Positions 1 to 10,059 of a stretch of DNA of 64,000 nt are shown here, piece by piece (positions within the stretch are counted from its first letter, which is position 1; each line of letters starts with the position of its first letter). The notes beneath the pieces are model-generated. The model was not told the origin of the DNA, did not search any database, and saw nothing but the letters and a program-made list of their open reading frames with translations. This DNA is from Lachnospiraceae bacterium (GTDB lineage: Bacteria; Bacillota; Clostridia; Lachnospirales; Lachnospiraceae). The position numbers and the translations under genes are program-made. The DNA lies in assembly GCA_016290615.1 (NCBI GenBank), contig JAEEUS010000002.1, positions 40,954 to 104,953 of the forward strand. The letters run 5' to 3'.

Positions 1-737
1 AACTTGGAAGAAAGATAAGAAAATGCTTTATACCAAAGCCGGGATATGTTTTCCTCGATGCCGATTATTCACAGATAGAATTAAGACTGTTGGCCCATAT
101 GGCCGAAGATCAGGACCTTTTGGAGGCGTACAGATCTGAGGCTGATATACACAGAATAACTGCATCAAAAGTATTCCATGTACCTTTTGAAGAAGTTACC
201 GATCTTCAGAGAAGAAATGCAAAAGCCGTTAACTTCGGAATCGTATATGGTATCAGTTCATTTGGACTGAGCCAGGATCTTAGTATATCAAGAAAAGAAG
301 CAAAACAGTATATTGAAGACTACTTTGAAACTTATAAAGGTATAAAAACTTATCTTGATAACTGCGTAAGTACTGCAAAAGAAAAGGGTTATGTTACGAC
401 TCTTTACAAGAGGAGAAGGCCTATTCCGGAACTGTCTAGCTCGAATTTCATGACAAGATCATTCGGTGAAAGAGTCGCAATGAACAGTCCTATTCAGGGA
501 ACAGCGGCTGATATCATGAAGATTGCGATGATAAATGTATACAACGCTTTAAAGAGCAATAACCTTGATGCAAAGATTATCGTTCAGGTTCATGATGAAC
601 TGCTGATAGAAGTCAGTGAAAATGATCTTGAAGCTGCCAGAGTAGTACTTTACGAAGAGATGAAAAATGCAGCCAAGCTAAAGGTAAATCTAGAAGTAGA
701 TATACATGACGGAAAAGACTGGTACGAGGCTAAGTGA
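1..737 (+). CDS. polA: DNA polymerase I, C-terminal part (5'-truncated by window)
   Basis: Frame is open from base 3 (LGRKIRKCF...DADYSQIELRLLAH, Pol A motif A); RRNAKAVNFGIVYG motif B; QVHDELL motif C. Confidence 0.98.
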   Translation, partial: LGRKIRKCFIPKPGYVFLDADYSQIELRLLAHMAEDQDLLEAYRSEADIHRITASKVFHVPFEEVTDLQRRNAKAVNFGIVYGISSFGLSQDLSISRKEAKQYIEDYFETYKGIKTYLDNCVSTAKEKGYVTTLYKRRRPIPELSSSNFMTRSFGERVAMNSPIQGTAADIMKIAMINVYNALKSNNLDAKIIVQVHDELLIEVSENDLEAARVVLYEEMKNAAKLKVNLEVDIHDGKDWYEAK

Positions 738-742
738 TCAAT

Positions 743-1357
743 ATGCTTACAATTGGTATCACAGGCGGCGTAGGCTGCGGTAAAACTAAAATACTTGATT
801 ATATCAGTGAAAATTATAACTGTCGTATTATAACTGCTGATGAGGTTGCAAACAGGTTAAAAGAGCCGGGCGAGGCTTGCTATGAACCGATAATTAAGCT
901 ACTGGGCAAGAAGATACTTAGAAAAGACGGTTTTATTGATAAGAAGAAAATGGCAGAAGAAATATTCGCAAATGATGATCTTCTTGATATAGTAAACTCA
1001 ATAATTCACCCAGCTGTCAAGGATTACATCCTTAATGCAAAAGAATCAGAAAAAAAGGCAGGAACTTACGATTATCTTTTTATAGAAGCCGCTCTTTTAA
1101 TTGAATGTGGATATAATGAGCATGTTGATCAAATGTGGTATATATACACTGATGAATCAATCAGAATTAAGAGATTAAAGAGTTCAAGGGGTTACAGCGA
1201 GGAAAAAATAAAGAATATCATGGATGCTCAGCTAAACGAAGAACAATTCAGAGCTGGAAGTGATTTTTGTATCGATAACTCAGGCACTCTTGAAGAAACG
1301 TACATGCAGATTAAGAAGAAGATGAAGGAATTAGAATCAGAATATGGCAGAAAGTAG
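743..1357 (+). CDS. coaE: Dephospho-CoA kinase
   Basis: IGITGGVGCGKT P-loop; IIHPAV; follows polA; ATG at 743 (alternative GTG at 734). Confidence 0.95.
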   Translation: MLTIGITGGVGCGKTKILDYISENYNCRIITADEVANRLKEPGEACYEPIIKLLGKKILRKDGFIDKKKMAEEIFANDDLLDIVNSIIHPAVKDYILNAKESEKKAGTYDYLFIEAALLIECGYNEHVDQMWYIYTDESIRIKRLKSSRGYSEEKIKNIMDAQLNEEQFRAGSDFCIDNSGTLEETYMQIKKKMKELESEYGRK

Positions 1358-3410
1358 ATTACCGGTTCAAACAGTATATGGTCTTGATATAGGTACACGC
1401 AGTGTAGTTGGTATAGTGGGCTATCGCAAAGGGAAGAAATTTGTTGTTACTGCTATGGCGAGAAAGGAACATGAGACCAGAGCTATGCTTGACGGTCAGA
1501 TACATGACATCGCCAAAGTAGCCCAGACTATCAAGGATGTGACCGAGGAACTTGAAGGTAAACTGGGTAGTAAGCTTAAAAGGGTGTGTATAGCAGCTGC
1601 AGGACGTGTTCTTAAAACTGCAACAGCACATGCAGATATTGAACTTGATGAGTTAAGAACAGTAAATGATGAAGATATCTACACGCTTAATAGTGCAGCC
1701 ATAGAGGAAGCATATAAAAAGTTTTTAAGTGAAAACGATATCGATATGAAGTTTTACTGTGTTGGAAGCAGTATAGTCAGATATTATCTAAATGATTTTC
1801 CTATAACAAATCTTGAAAATCATAAAGCTTCAAAAATCGGAGTTGATATTATCGCTACTTTCCTGCCTGATGAAGTGGTTGACGGCCTTTATGCTTCTGT
1901 TGATATGGCAGGACTTGAAGTAGCGTCTCTGACACTCGAGCCTATCGCAGCCATCGGATTGGCAATACCCGAGAAATTCAGACTTCTTAATATTGCACTG
2001 GTAGATGTAGGAGCAGGTACATCCGATATTTCAATAACAAAAGACGGATCGATCATCGCTTTTGGCATGCTGCCTACAGCCGGTGACAGTCTGACTGAAA
2101 CTATTGCAAATCACTGCATGGTTGATTTCAATACTGCTGAAAAGATAAAGAAGCAATCGACAACAAAGGCAAAGATAAGCTACAAGGATATCATGGGAAC
2201 CAAGATGACGATATCCAAGGATGAGATAACCAAGCTAGTTGCATCAAATATAGATAATATGGCTGGCCTTGTAGCAGATAAGATCGTTGAATTAAATGGA
2301 GGAAAGACGGTTGGAGCAGTATTTGTTGTCGGAGGAGGAGGAATCTTCCCCGGATATACGCAGGCTCTTTCAAAGAAACTTGGTATTATCAAGTCCAGAG
2401 TTGCCATTCGTGGAAAGGAAGTCATGGATGACATCATATTTGAAGATACAACGATAAAAGCAGATTCTTTACTTGTTACACCAATCGGAATTGCACTGAG
2501 CTTTTATGAAGAGACCAACAATTTTATTTATGTAGATTTCAACGGAAGCAGAGTCAAGATATACAACAATAATAATCTAACTGTAATGGATGTAGCTATG
2601 CAGACGGAATTCCCGTCAAATGGTTTCTTCCCTAAGTCAGGAAAACCTCTCACATATAAGTTGGATGGAACGGAGAGAATGGTCAGAGGGCAGTTGGGTG
2701 AGCCTGCTGTAATAACCGTTAACGGAGAAAGTGCAAATATGCACACTCCGATCAAGGAACATGACATTATTGAAGTTAAGGAATCTACAGCAGGAGCGGA
2801 AGCGACGCTTAAAGTCAGTGACCTGCCCGGATACAAGGATACGATAAAATTCAAAGTTAATTCTCTTGAAGTTAAGATGCCGAAATTTGTGTCGGTAAAC
2901 GGCGTATTAGAATCTGAATATTATGAGATAAAAGACAAGGATGAAATAAACATACTTGATTACTATACCGTTGAACAGATAATTCAGTTTATGGATATAG
3001 ACAACAAGGAAGATGCTGTTTGTATGGTAAATAATATGCCTGCAGATAATGACACCAAAGTATATGAGAACTTTTCTGTTGAATGGAAGACAAAGGACTC
3101 TCTGAGTTATGCTGATCTTCCTGAAGGCGAAGAATCCTCTAATGAAAAAACCGACAATAAAGTCTCTAAAGAAGACGAAGAGAAAAAGCCTGATACTTCT
3201 AACAGAAATATCACGGTAAGTGTCAATAAAAAACCGGTCATTCTTGATGGAAAAGCCAAGTATGTATTCGTTGATATCTTTGACAAGATAGATTTTGATC
3301 TGTCCAAACCTAAGGGGAATATCGTCACAACAAAGAACGGACAGGAAGCTGAATATATGGAAGAAATACACGATGGTGACGTTATCGAGGTATTTTGGGA
3401 GAGTAAGTGA
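1344..3410 (+). CDS. FtsA/PilM-like actin-fold ATPase with C-terminal beta-grasp (ThiS/ubiquitin-like) repeats
   Basis: GLDIGTRSV, LEPIAA, VDVGAGTSD and VVGGG actin/Hsp70-fold motifs; C-terminal VNG-x7-I-x-D-x-I repeats. Confidence 0.85.
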   Translation: MAESRLPVQTVYGLDIGTRSVVGIVGYRKGKKFVVTAMARKEHETRAMLDGQIHDIAKVAQTIKDVTEELEGKLGSKLKRVCIAAAGRVLKTATAHADIELDELRTVNDEDIYTLNSAAIEEAYKKFLSENDIDMKFYCVGSSIVRYYLNDFPITNLENHKASKIGVDIIATFLPDEVVDGLYASVDMAGLEVASLTLEPIAAIGLAIPEKFRLLNIALVDVGAGTSDISITKDGSIIAFGMLPTAGDSLTETIANHCMVDFNTAEKIKKQSTTKAKISYKDIMGTKMTISKDEITKLVASNIDNMAGLVADKIVELNGGKTVGAVFVVGGGGIFPGYTQALSKKLGIIKSRVAIRGKEVMDDIIFEDTTIKADSLLVTPIGIALSFYEETNNFIYVDFNGSRVKIYNNNNLTVMDVAMQTEFPSNGFFPKSGKPLTYKLDGTERMVRGQLGEPAVITVNGESANMHTPIKEHDIIEVKESTAGAEATLKVSDLPGYKDTIKFKVNSLEVKMPKFVSVNGVLESEYYEIKDKDEINILDYYTVEQIIQFMDIDNKEDAVCMVNNMPADNDTKVYENFSVEWKTKDSLSYADLPEGEESSNEKTDNKVSKEDEEKKPDTSNRNITVSVNKKPVILDGKAKYVFVDIFDKIDFDLSKPKGNIVTTKNGQEAEYMEEIHDGDVIEVFWESK

Positions 3411-4207
3411 TGCGTCTTGCACCGATTGCTAGCGGAAGCAGCGGTAACTGCATATATGTAGGAAGCAATAATACACATATACTTGTGGATGTCGGTATAA
3501 GCGGAAAAAGGGTTGATGAAGGTCTTAGAAACCTTGATCTATGCGGACATGATATTGACGGTATTCTTATAACACATGAACATGTGGATCATATCGGTGG
3601 CCTTGGAGTTTTATGCAGAAAATACAGTATACCTGTGTATGCAACAAGAGATACGATTTTAGCTATAAAATCGTACAATTACCTGGGAAAAGTTGAGGAT
3701 GATATATTTCATCCGATAGCACCGGATGTTGATCTGAAGATTAAGGATATGACGATCAAGGCCTTTAGGATCAACCATGATGCTGTTGATCCCGTAGCTT
3801 ATACATTTCGTGCTGATGGTAAAAAGATTGCTATAGCAACTGATATGGGAACATATAGTGAATATACGATTCAAAATCTAAAAGGTATGGATTCTTTATT
3901 GATTGAAGCAAATCATGACGTGAGAATGCTTCAGGTCGGACCTTATCCGTATCCTTTGAAACAGAGAATCTTATCTGATTCAGGACACTTATCTAATGAA
4001 CTGTCAGGAAGACTGATTTCTTCAGTATTAAATGATAAAATTGATAATATCTTTCTCGGACACCTGAGCAAGGAAAACAACCTGCCGGAACTTGCATATG
4101 AAACTGTTCGTGTCGAGATAGACATGGCTGATAATAAATACAGATCAAATGACTTCAGAATAATGGTCGCAAAACGCGATCAGATGTCTGAGGTTGTTAA
4201 TCTATAA
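3407..4207 (+). CDS. MBL-fold metallo-hydrolase (YycJ/WalJ-like)
   Basis: ASGSSGNC, THEHVDH, EANHD, GHLSN and HLSKENN motifs. Confidence 0.9.
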   Translation: MMRLAPIASGSSGNCIYVGSNNTHILVDVGISGKRVDEGLRNLDLCGHDIDGILITHEHVDHIGGLGVLCRKYSIPVYATRDTILAIKSYNYLGKVEDDIFHPIAPDVDLKIKDMTIKAFRINHDAVDPVAYTFRADGKKIAIATDMGTYSEYTIQNLKGMDSLLIEANHDVRMLQVGPYPYPLKQRILSDSGHLSNELSGRLISSVLNDKIDNIFLGHLSKENNLPELAYETVRVEIDMADNKYRSNDFRIMVAKRDQMSEVVNL

Positions 4208-4227
4208 AGGAAAGGAAGTATATTTAA

Positions 4228-4500
4228 GTGAATAAGACAATCATTACAGTAGTAGGACATGATACGGTTGGTATCATAGCAAAGGTTTGTACATATCTTG
4301 CTGATAACAATATCAATATTCTAGACATCTCTCAGACAATTTTGCAGGGATACTTCAACATGATGATGATCACTGATATGACACAGTCTGTAAAGCCCTT
4401 CGGAGAGATCAGTGATGAACTTTCTGAACTCGGAAAAAGCATTGGTGTAATAATCAAGTGTCAGAGAGAAGAAATATTTAACAGCATGCATAGAATATAA
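4228..4500 (+). CDS. ACT-domain protein (UPF0237)
   Basis: IITVVGHDTVGIIA...NILDISQT...IFNSMHRI; GTG start after a purine-rich RBS; paired with UPF0210. Confidence 0.9.
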   Translation: MNKTIITVVGHDTVGIIAKVCTYLADNNINILDISQTILQGYFNMMMITDMTQSVKPFGEISDELSELGKSIGVIIKCQREEIFNSMHRI

Positions 4501-4521
4501 TTAGGAAGGATCATTTCCGAT

Positions 4522-5886
4522 ATGATAAACATATTTGAGGTCGCCGAGACCAATGACATGATCGAGAAGGAAAATCTTGACGTAAGAACGATAACTCTTG
4601 GAATAAGTCTTCTTGATTGCATAGACAGTGATGTCAATAAACTGAATGAGAAAATATATGACAAGATTTGCACAGTAGCGAAAGACCTTGTTAAGACTGG
4701 CGAGGAAATATCAAAGGAGTTTGGAATACCGATAGTAAATAAACGTATCAGCGTTACTCCCATCGGTTTGATAGGCGCATCTGCCTGTAAAACAACTGAT
4801 GATTTTGTGAGCATAGCAAAAACTCTTGATAAAGCAGCCAACGATGTGGGTGTTAATTTTATAGGCGGTTATTCAGCACTTGTTGCAAAAGGAATGACAC
4901 CGCAGGAAGAACTTTTGATAAGATCAATACCCGATGCTCTTTGCTCAACAGAAAGGATAATGAGCAGTGTTGTCCTAGGTTCAACCAGAACGGGGCTTAA
5001 CATGGACGGAGTCAAGCTGATGGGAGAAGTGATCAAAGAGACAGCTCAAAAGACAAAAGATGCGGATTCTATTGGCTGTACAAAGTTAGTTGTACTTTGC
5101 AATGCTCCGGATGACAACCCTTTCATGGCAGGAGCTTTTCATGGTGTAACGGAAGCTGACAGTATAATCAATGTAGGCGTTTCCGGTCCCGGTGTAGTTA
5201 AATATGCTCTCGAAAAAGTAAGAGGGCAAAATTTTGAAGTATTATGCGAGACCATAAAAAAGACAGCTTTCAAGGTCACGAGAGTTGGTCAGATGGTTGC
5301 AAGAGAGGCTTCTAAAAGACTTAATATACCATTCGGTATCGTCGATCTGAGCCTCGCACCGACACCCGCGATCGGTGACAGCGTTGCTGACATATTGTGT
5401 GAGATCGGCCTAGAGCAGACCGGAGCTCCTGGAACAACAGCTGCACTTGCTCTGTTAAACGATCAGGTGAAAAAAGGCGGAGTCATGGCGTCTAGTTATG
5501 TTGGCGGCTTAAGCGGAGCATTTATACCTGTAAGTGAAGATCAGGGAATGATCGATGCCGTAAATGCTGGAGCTCTAACGATAGAAAAGCTTGAAGCAAT
5601 GACATGCGTATGCTCTGTCGGACTTGATATGATCGCAATCCCCGGTGATACTCCCAATTCTACGATTTCAGGAATAATCGCTGATGAACTTGCGATCGGA
5701 ATGATAAATCAGAAAACTACTGCAGTCAGGATCATTCCTGTTATAGGAAAAGGGGTTGGAGATAATGTTGAATTCGGTGGTCTATTAGGTCATGCGCCTA
5801 TAATGCCGGTTAACGGATTCAGCTGCGAGGCATTTGTAAACAGGGGAGGAAGAATTCCGGCTCCCATACACAGCTTTAAGAATTAA
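4522..5886 (+). CDS. UPF0210/DUF711 (PFL-like fold) protein
   Basis: [45 protein letters not shown]. Confidence 0.93.
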   Translation: MINIFEVAETNDMIEKENLDVRTITLGISLLDCIDSDVNKLNEKIYDKICTVAKDLVKTGEEISKEFGIPIVNKRISVTPIGLIGASACKTTDDFVSIAKTLDKAANDVGVNFIGGYSALVAKGMTPQEELLIRSIPDALCSTERIMSSVVLGSTRTGLNMDGVKLMGEVIKETAQKTKDADSIGCTKLVVLCNAPDDNPFMAGAFHGVTEADSIINVGVSGPGVVKYALEKVRGQNFEVLCETIKKTAFKVTRVGQMVAREASKRLNIPFGIVDLSLAPTPAIGDSVADILCEIGLEQTGAPGTTAALALLNDQVKKGGVMASSYVGGLSGAFIPVSEDQGMIDAVNAGALTIEKLEAMTCVCSVGLDMIAIPGDTPNSTISGIIADELAIGMINQKTTAVRIIPVIGKGVGDNVEFGGLLGHAPIMPVNGFSCEAFVNRGGRIPAPIHSFKN

Positions 5887-5897
5887 GGAGGTTACTA

Positions 5898-7481
5898 ATG
5901 GGTAATGTTATAGCAAAAAATCCGATTATGCCGGGATTTTATCCCGATCCATCAATATGCGCAGTTAATGATGATTATTATCTTTGCAATTCTACTTTTG
6001 CTTATTTTCCCGGTCTTTCATTAATGCATAGCAAGGATCTGGCTCACTGGGAGCAGATAGGAAATGTATTGGACAGGCATTCACAGCTTCCTCTTGAAGG
6101 TGCTGATCATTCTCAAGGCTTATTTGCGCCTACGATAAGATATTACAATGGTGTTTTCTATGTCATATGCACCAATGTAACACATGGCGGTAATTTTATA
6201 GTAACTGCGACTAATCCGGAAGGCCCGTGGTCGGAACCTCATTATCTTGTTGATGCTGACGGGATCGATCCTTCGCTTTTCTTTGATGACGACGGAAAAT
6301 GCTATTACATAGGCACTCATCCGAATCCGGACGGCGTAAAATACAACGGAGACTGGTATATATATATATGCGAAGTCGATCTTGAAAACTGGAAGCTTAA
6401 GGGTGAAAAGAAAAACGTCTGGAACGGCGCTCTTAAAGGATGTATCTGGCCGGAAGGACCGCATATATATAAAGAGAACGGTTATTACTATATAATGCAT
6501 GCAGAAGGCGGAACAGGCCCTGAGCATTCTGTTATGATATGCAGAAGCAAGGATATCTGGGGTCCTTATGAGAACAACCCTAAAAACCCCATTCTGACAC
6601 ACAGACATCTTGGAAAAGATTATCCTATCAAGTATGTAGGTCATGGAGATATAATCAAGACGCCTGCGGGAGAATGGTTCATGACCATCCTTGCTGTAAG
6701 ACCGCTCGAAAGATATACAACAATGGGCAGAGAGACATTCCTTGCTAAGTTCATCTGGGAAGATGATTGGCCGGTAGTAAATCCCGGTGTAGGAATGCTG
6801 ACTGATACTGTTGAAATAAATCTGCCCGAATGGAGTCCTTTAAAGGATTCTGATTCATATACTAACAGGACAAGAAGAAAAACAGCCATTCCGGGAACAG
6901 AAAGAGAGTATATATTCGCCAATATGAATGAACTCGGAGATGAGTTCTTGTTCCTTAGAAACTATCCAAATGATATGTACGAGCTCGCTGAAAGCGAAGG
7001 GCTAAAACTTAAGGCTGGAAAGGACGATATAAAGGCTGTTGCATCACCTTCATATGTATGCATAAGACAGCAGCATCACCATTTTAAGTCTTCGGCTTGT
7101 TTTGATATATCATCACTTAAAAGTGATGAAAGTGCAGGACTAGTACTGATGCAGAACAATCTGTACAATCTCAGGGCTGAGGTCAAAAACAATGTTTGCT
7201 ATATGATCTTATGCCAGAACGGCGAAGATACTGTTATCGGTTCGGTTGATGCCAATGTCGTTAAGAAGGACGGATGTATTGAATTAACGATTCTTGTAGA
7301 CGGATTAAAGACAAGAGTTTTCGCAGCAGATGTTGATCTGGGAGAAGCAAAAGTTGCAAATCTATCTACTGAAGTTGCCGGCGGATTTGTTGGATGCTGC
7401 ATAGGAATCTATGCCTCTGCAAATGGAAAGGAAAGCGATACAAAGGTAACGTTTAAAGATTTTACTTACAAAGCACTATAA
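5898..7481 (+). CDS. GH43 beta-xylosidase/alpha-arabinofuranosidase
   Basis: NPIMPGFYPDPSIC, GIDPSLFFDDDG and WPEGPHIYK catalytic motifs; C-terminal GGFVG; no signal peptide. Confidence 0.93.
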   Translation: MGNVIAKNPIMPGFYPDPSICAVNDDYYLCNSTFAYFPGLSLMHSKDLAHWEQIGNVLDRHSQLPLEGADHSQGLFAPTIRYYNGVFYVICTNVTHGGNFIVTATNPEGPWSEPHYLVDADGIDPSLFFDDDGKCYYIGTHPNPDGVKYNGDWYIYICEVDLENWKLKGEKKNVWNGALKGCIWPEGPHIYKENGYYYIMHAEGGTGPEHSVMICRSKDIWGPYENNPKNPILTHRHLGKDYPIKYVGHGDIIKTPAGEWFMTILAVRPLERYTTMGRETFLAKFIWEDDWPVVNPGVGMLTDTVEINLPEWSPLKDSDSYTNRTRRKTAIPGTEREYIFANMNELGDEFLFLRNYPNDMYELAESEGLKLKAGKDDIKAVASPSYVCIRQQHHHFKSSACFDISSLKSDESAGLVLMQNNLYNLRAEVKNNVCYMILCQNGEDTVIGSVDANVVKKDGCIELTILVDGLKTRVFAADVDLGEAKVANLSTEVAGGFVGCCIGIYASANGKESDTKVTFKDFTYKAL

Positions 7482-7492
7482 AATATAAGAAA

Positions 7493-7514
7493 AAGGGTCG
7501 CGATTGCGACCCTT
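7493..7514. terminator. Hairpin between convergent GH43 and tmcAL (probably bidirectional terminator)
   Basis: AAGGGTCGC-GATT-GCGACCCTT with an A-run on the left. Confidence 0.75.
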
Positions 7515-8850
7515 ATATTATTATCATCTGTCTTGTATACTCATTCTGTTTTTCTTTATTCTGGTATTTACATGCTGATACAAAATCATATATATGAGCT
7601 GCCTCTATATCCTTGCCAAGAGATTTCATGGCTTTATCATCAAGAATGCTGCCGGCATCTGCAAGTTTTGAAACAAGAGGTATTGATGAATTCTTACCTA
7701 TTATCGAAAGTAACTGTTCGCTGTCCTTTCTGAATCCAAGTATTCTTGCATAACTTGCTTTCTTATAGTCTCCAAATACATCCTTTTTGATATCAAGAAG
7801 AATATGTGTCAGACTTCTGCTGATCCTTGAATATGTTATATCCTTTGTTTTCAGGAGTGAACAGAACTGATCGAAGGATTCAAAATGAGGAAGATGATTC
7901 TTGATCTTATCTGACAATTCTCTTGTAACATCAAGACAATCCTCATAACCTTTGTGATATTCATGAAGTGCTTTATATCCGACTTCTCTCGAAAAATTGT
8001 TGCTAACGAGCGGATAGCTCTTTCCGAGTCTTTCGAGTAATATATCATAAGTTGTAGACGGAACATGATTTATGATAGGAGATAATGGCTCGCTCATCGC
8101 CTGTCTTACAGCTGTTGATCCTACGAAAGACATATAAGTGCTTATGCCAACTTCTTTCTTTTCATCTGAATGAAGATAAGAATCATCGTTAAGAACAAAA
8201 TCGTAACTTGAAAGAATAGCTTCTCTTATTGCAGTAGCTGAACTGTATGAACGTATATTGAGTTCGGTTTCATTATAATTGCTTCCCATTCTCTTTATAG
8301 GAACGGGCTTTATTGAACTGTTAAGATTATGCAAAGCCTTGCGGTATTCGGTTGCAAGAATGTTATTGGGTTTGCAAAGTCCTTCCACGATATGCTCGTT
8401 AAAATGATTCAAAAGAGCAAGCTCCCTTGCTTTGGGGTAGGAGTTGCCAGCTTTCATGAATTCCGAGATTTCTTTGGCAAGCTCTTCCTGATGATCGAGC
8501 ATGAACTTTGTAACTTCTTCAAGCGCCTGATCAGAAGGAGATTCGCATCCGAAACTCAACTCATCAACGCACCCTAAAGAATCAAGCAAAGATATTCCGC
8601 CCATGGCAAAGTCTGCTGCAGCGCCTGTTGAGAAGATGACAGGAAGCTCTATTACAAGATCAACTCCGCTTTTAAGAGCCATTGTAGTTCTTGAATATTT
8701 GTCAATAATAGCAGGGCCGCCGCGTTGCACCCAGTCACCGCTCATTACAGCGATAACATAGTCTGAACCGTCTTCTTTTACCTTGTCAATCTGATATTTG
8801 TGTCCGTTGTGAAACGGATTGTATTCACATATTATTCCTGTAATTTTCAT
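7513..8850 (-). CDS. tmcAL: tRNA(Met) cytidine acetate ligase (YlbM/UPF0348 nucleotidyltransferase)
   Basis: GIICEYNPFHNGH HIGH-like motif, MSGDWVQRG, PNNILA, SATAIR; divergent from pta. Confidence 0.9.
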   Translation of the reverse strand: MKITGIICEYNPFHNGHKYQIDKVKEDGSDYVIAVMSGDWVQRGGPAIIDKYSRTTMALKSGVDLVIELPVIFSTGAAADFAMGGISLLDSLGCVDELSFGCESPSDQALEEVTKFMLDHQEELAKEISEFMKAGNSYPKARELALLNHFNEHIVEGLCKPNNILATEYRKALHNLNSSIKPVPIKRMGSNYNETELNIRSYSSATAIREAILSSYDFVLNDDSYLHSDEKKEVGISTYMSFVGSTAVRQAMSEPLSPIINHVPSTTYDILLERLGKSYPLVSNNFSREVGYKALHEYHKGYEDCLDVTRELSDKIKNHLPHFESFDQFCSLLKTKDITYSRISRSLTHILLDIKKDVFGDYKKASYARILGFRKDSEQLLSIIGKNSSIPLVSKLADAGSILDDKAMKSLGKDIEAAHIYDFVSACKYQNKEKQNEYTRQMIII

Positions 8851-8975
8851 AGCAACTGATATTATAGCATATTGTCCTTGATTTGATACAATTTTTTAGT
8901 ACTTTTTTCTTGTATACAATATGAATGGATAATATAATTATAAACAGGTAAAGCAACACTATTGGAGGGTTTTAT

Positions 8976-9980
8976 ATGGCTGGATATATAGAGAAGATAA
9001 AGGAACGTGCAAGGGCTGATGTTAAGACTATCGTAATGCCTGAAACAAATGATAAGAGAATCATCATTGCTGCTGCACATGTAATAGAGGAAGGTATCGC
9101 CAATATCATCCTTGTAGGAAACAGGGAAAAGATCATGGATGGTGCCGGATGGCTTGAAGTTGACCTTTCCAAAGTTCAGATAGTTGAACCAAGTACTACT
9201 GAGAAACTGGATGAATATGTAGATCTTCTTTATGAAACAAGAAAGAGTAAGGGGATGACACCCGAAAAAGCAAGAGAGATGCTTCTTTCAGATCCGCTTG
9301 TTTTCGGAGTCATGATGGTAAAAGCTAATGATGCTGATGGTATGGTGGCTGGAGCTTGTCATGCTACAGCTGATGTATTAAGACCTGCACTTCAGATCCT
9401 TAAAACAGCTCCCGGAGTTAAACTGGTTAGCGGTTTCTTTATTCTCGATGTACCTAACAGTCCATTCGGAAATAACGGAACATTCCTTTTTGCAGATTGC
9501 GGACTTAACCAGGATCCTACAAGTGAGGAACTTGCCCATATAGCATATTCGTCTTCAAAGAGTTTTAAAAACCTAGTTGGAGGCAAGCCTATAATAGCAA
9601 TGCTGAGTCATTCAACAAAGGGTAGCGCAAAACATCCTCTTGTTGACAAAGTTACAAAAGCAGTTGAATATGCACATGAGTATTATCCGAATCTTACACT
9701 TGATGGTGAACTTCAGACTGACGCAGCTATTGTTCCGGCCGTTGCAAAGAACAAAGCTCCAGGAAGTGAAGTAGCAGGAAAAGCAAATGTTCTGATTTTC
9801 CCTAATCTGGATGCAGGAAATATTGGTTACAAACTGGTTGAAAGACTTGGCGGTGCAGATGCTTACGGACCGATGCTTCAGGGTATAGCCCGTCCTGTAA
9901 ACGATCTTTCCCGCGGATGTAGCTGGGAAGATATTGTAGGTGTTGTTGCGCTTACAGCCGTACAGGCACAACTGGTTTAA
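8976..9980 (+). CDS. pta: Phosphate acetyltransferase
   Basis: DGELQTDAAIV, FPNLDAGNIGYKL, PVNDLSRGC; RBS GGAGGG. Confidence 0.97.
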   Translation: MAGYIEKIKERARADVKTIVMPETNDKRIIIAAAHVIEEGIANIILVGNREKIMDGAGWLEVDLSKVQIVEPSTTEKLDEYVDLLYETRKSKGMTPEKAREMLLSDPLVFGVMMVKANDADGMVAGACHATADVLRPALQILKTAPGVKLVSGFFILDVPNSPFGNNGTFLFADCGLNQDPTSEELAHIAYSSSKSFKNLVGGKPIIAMLSHSTKGSAKHPLVDKVTKAVEYAHEYYPNLTLDGELQTDAAIVPAVAKNKAPGSEVAGKANVLIFPNLDAGNIGYKLVERLGGADAYGPMLQGIARPVNDLSRGCSWEDIVGVVALTAVQAQLV

Positions 9981-9989
9981 AATTTTATG

Positions 9990-10018
9990 TTGACAAAGAC
10001 CGGTAGGATATGTATAAT
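9990..10018 (+). promoter_or_regulatory. Sigma-A promoter of rpmF
   Basis: TTGACA-17 bp-TATAAT, full consensus. Confidence 0.9.
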
Positions 10019-10059
10019 AGCAAAAGTGTTAAGTTGCAGAAGTAAGGAGGTGTAACGGC

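Noticed and set aside
8883-8901. Rex operator upstream of pta
   Set aside because: Only the left half loosely matches TTGTTAA-N4-TTAACAA; too weak in AT-rich DNA.
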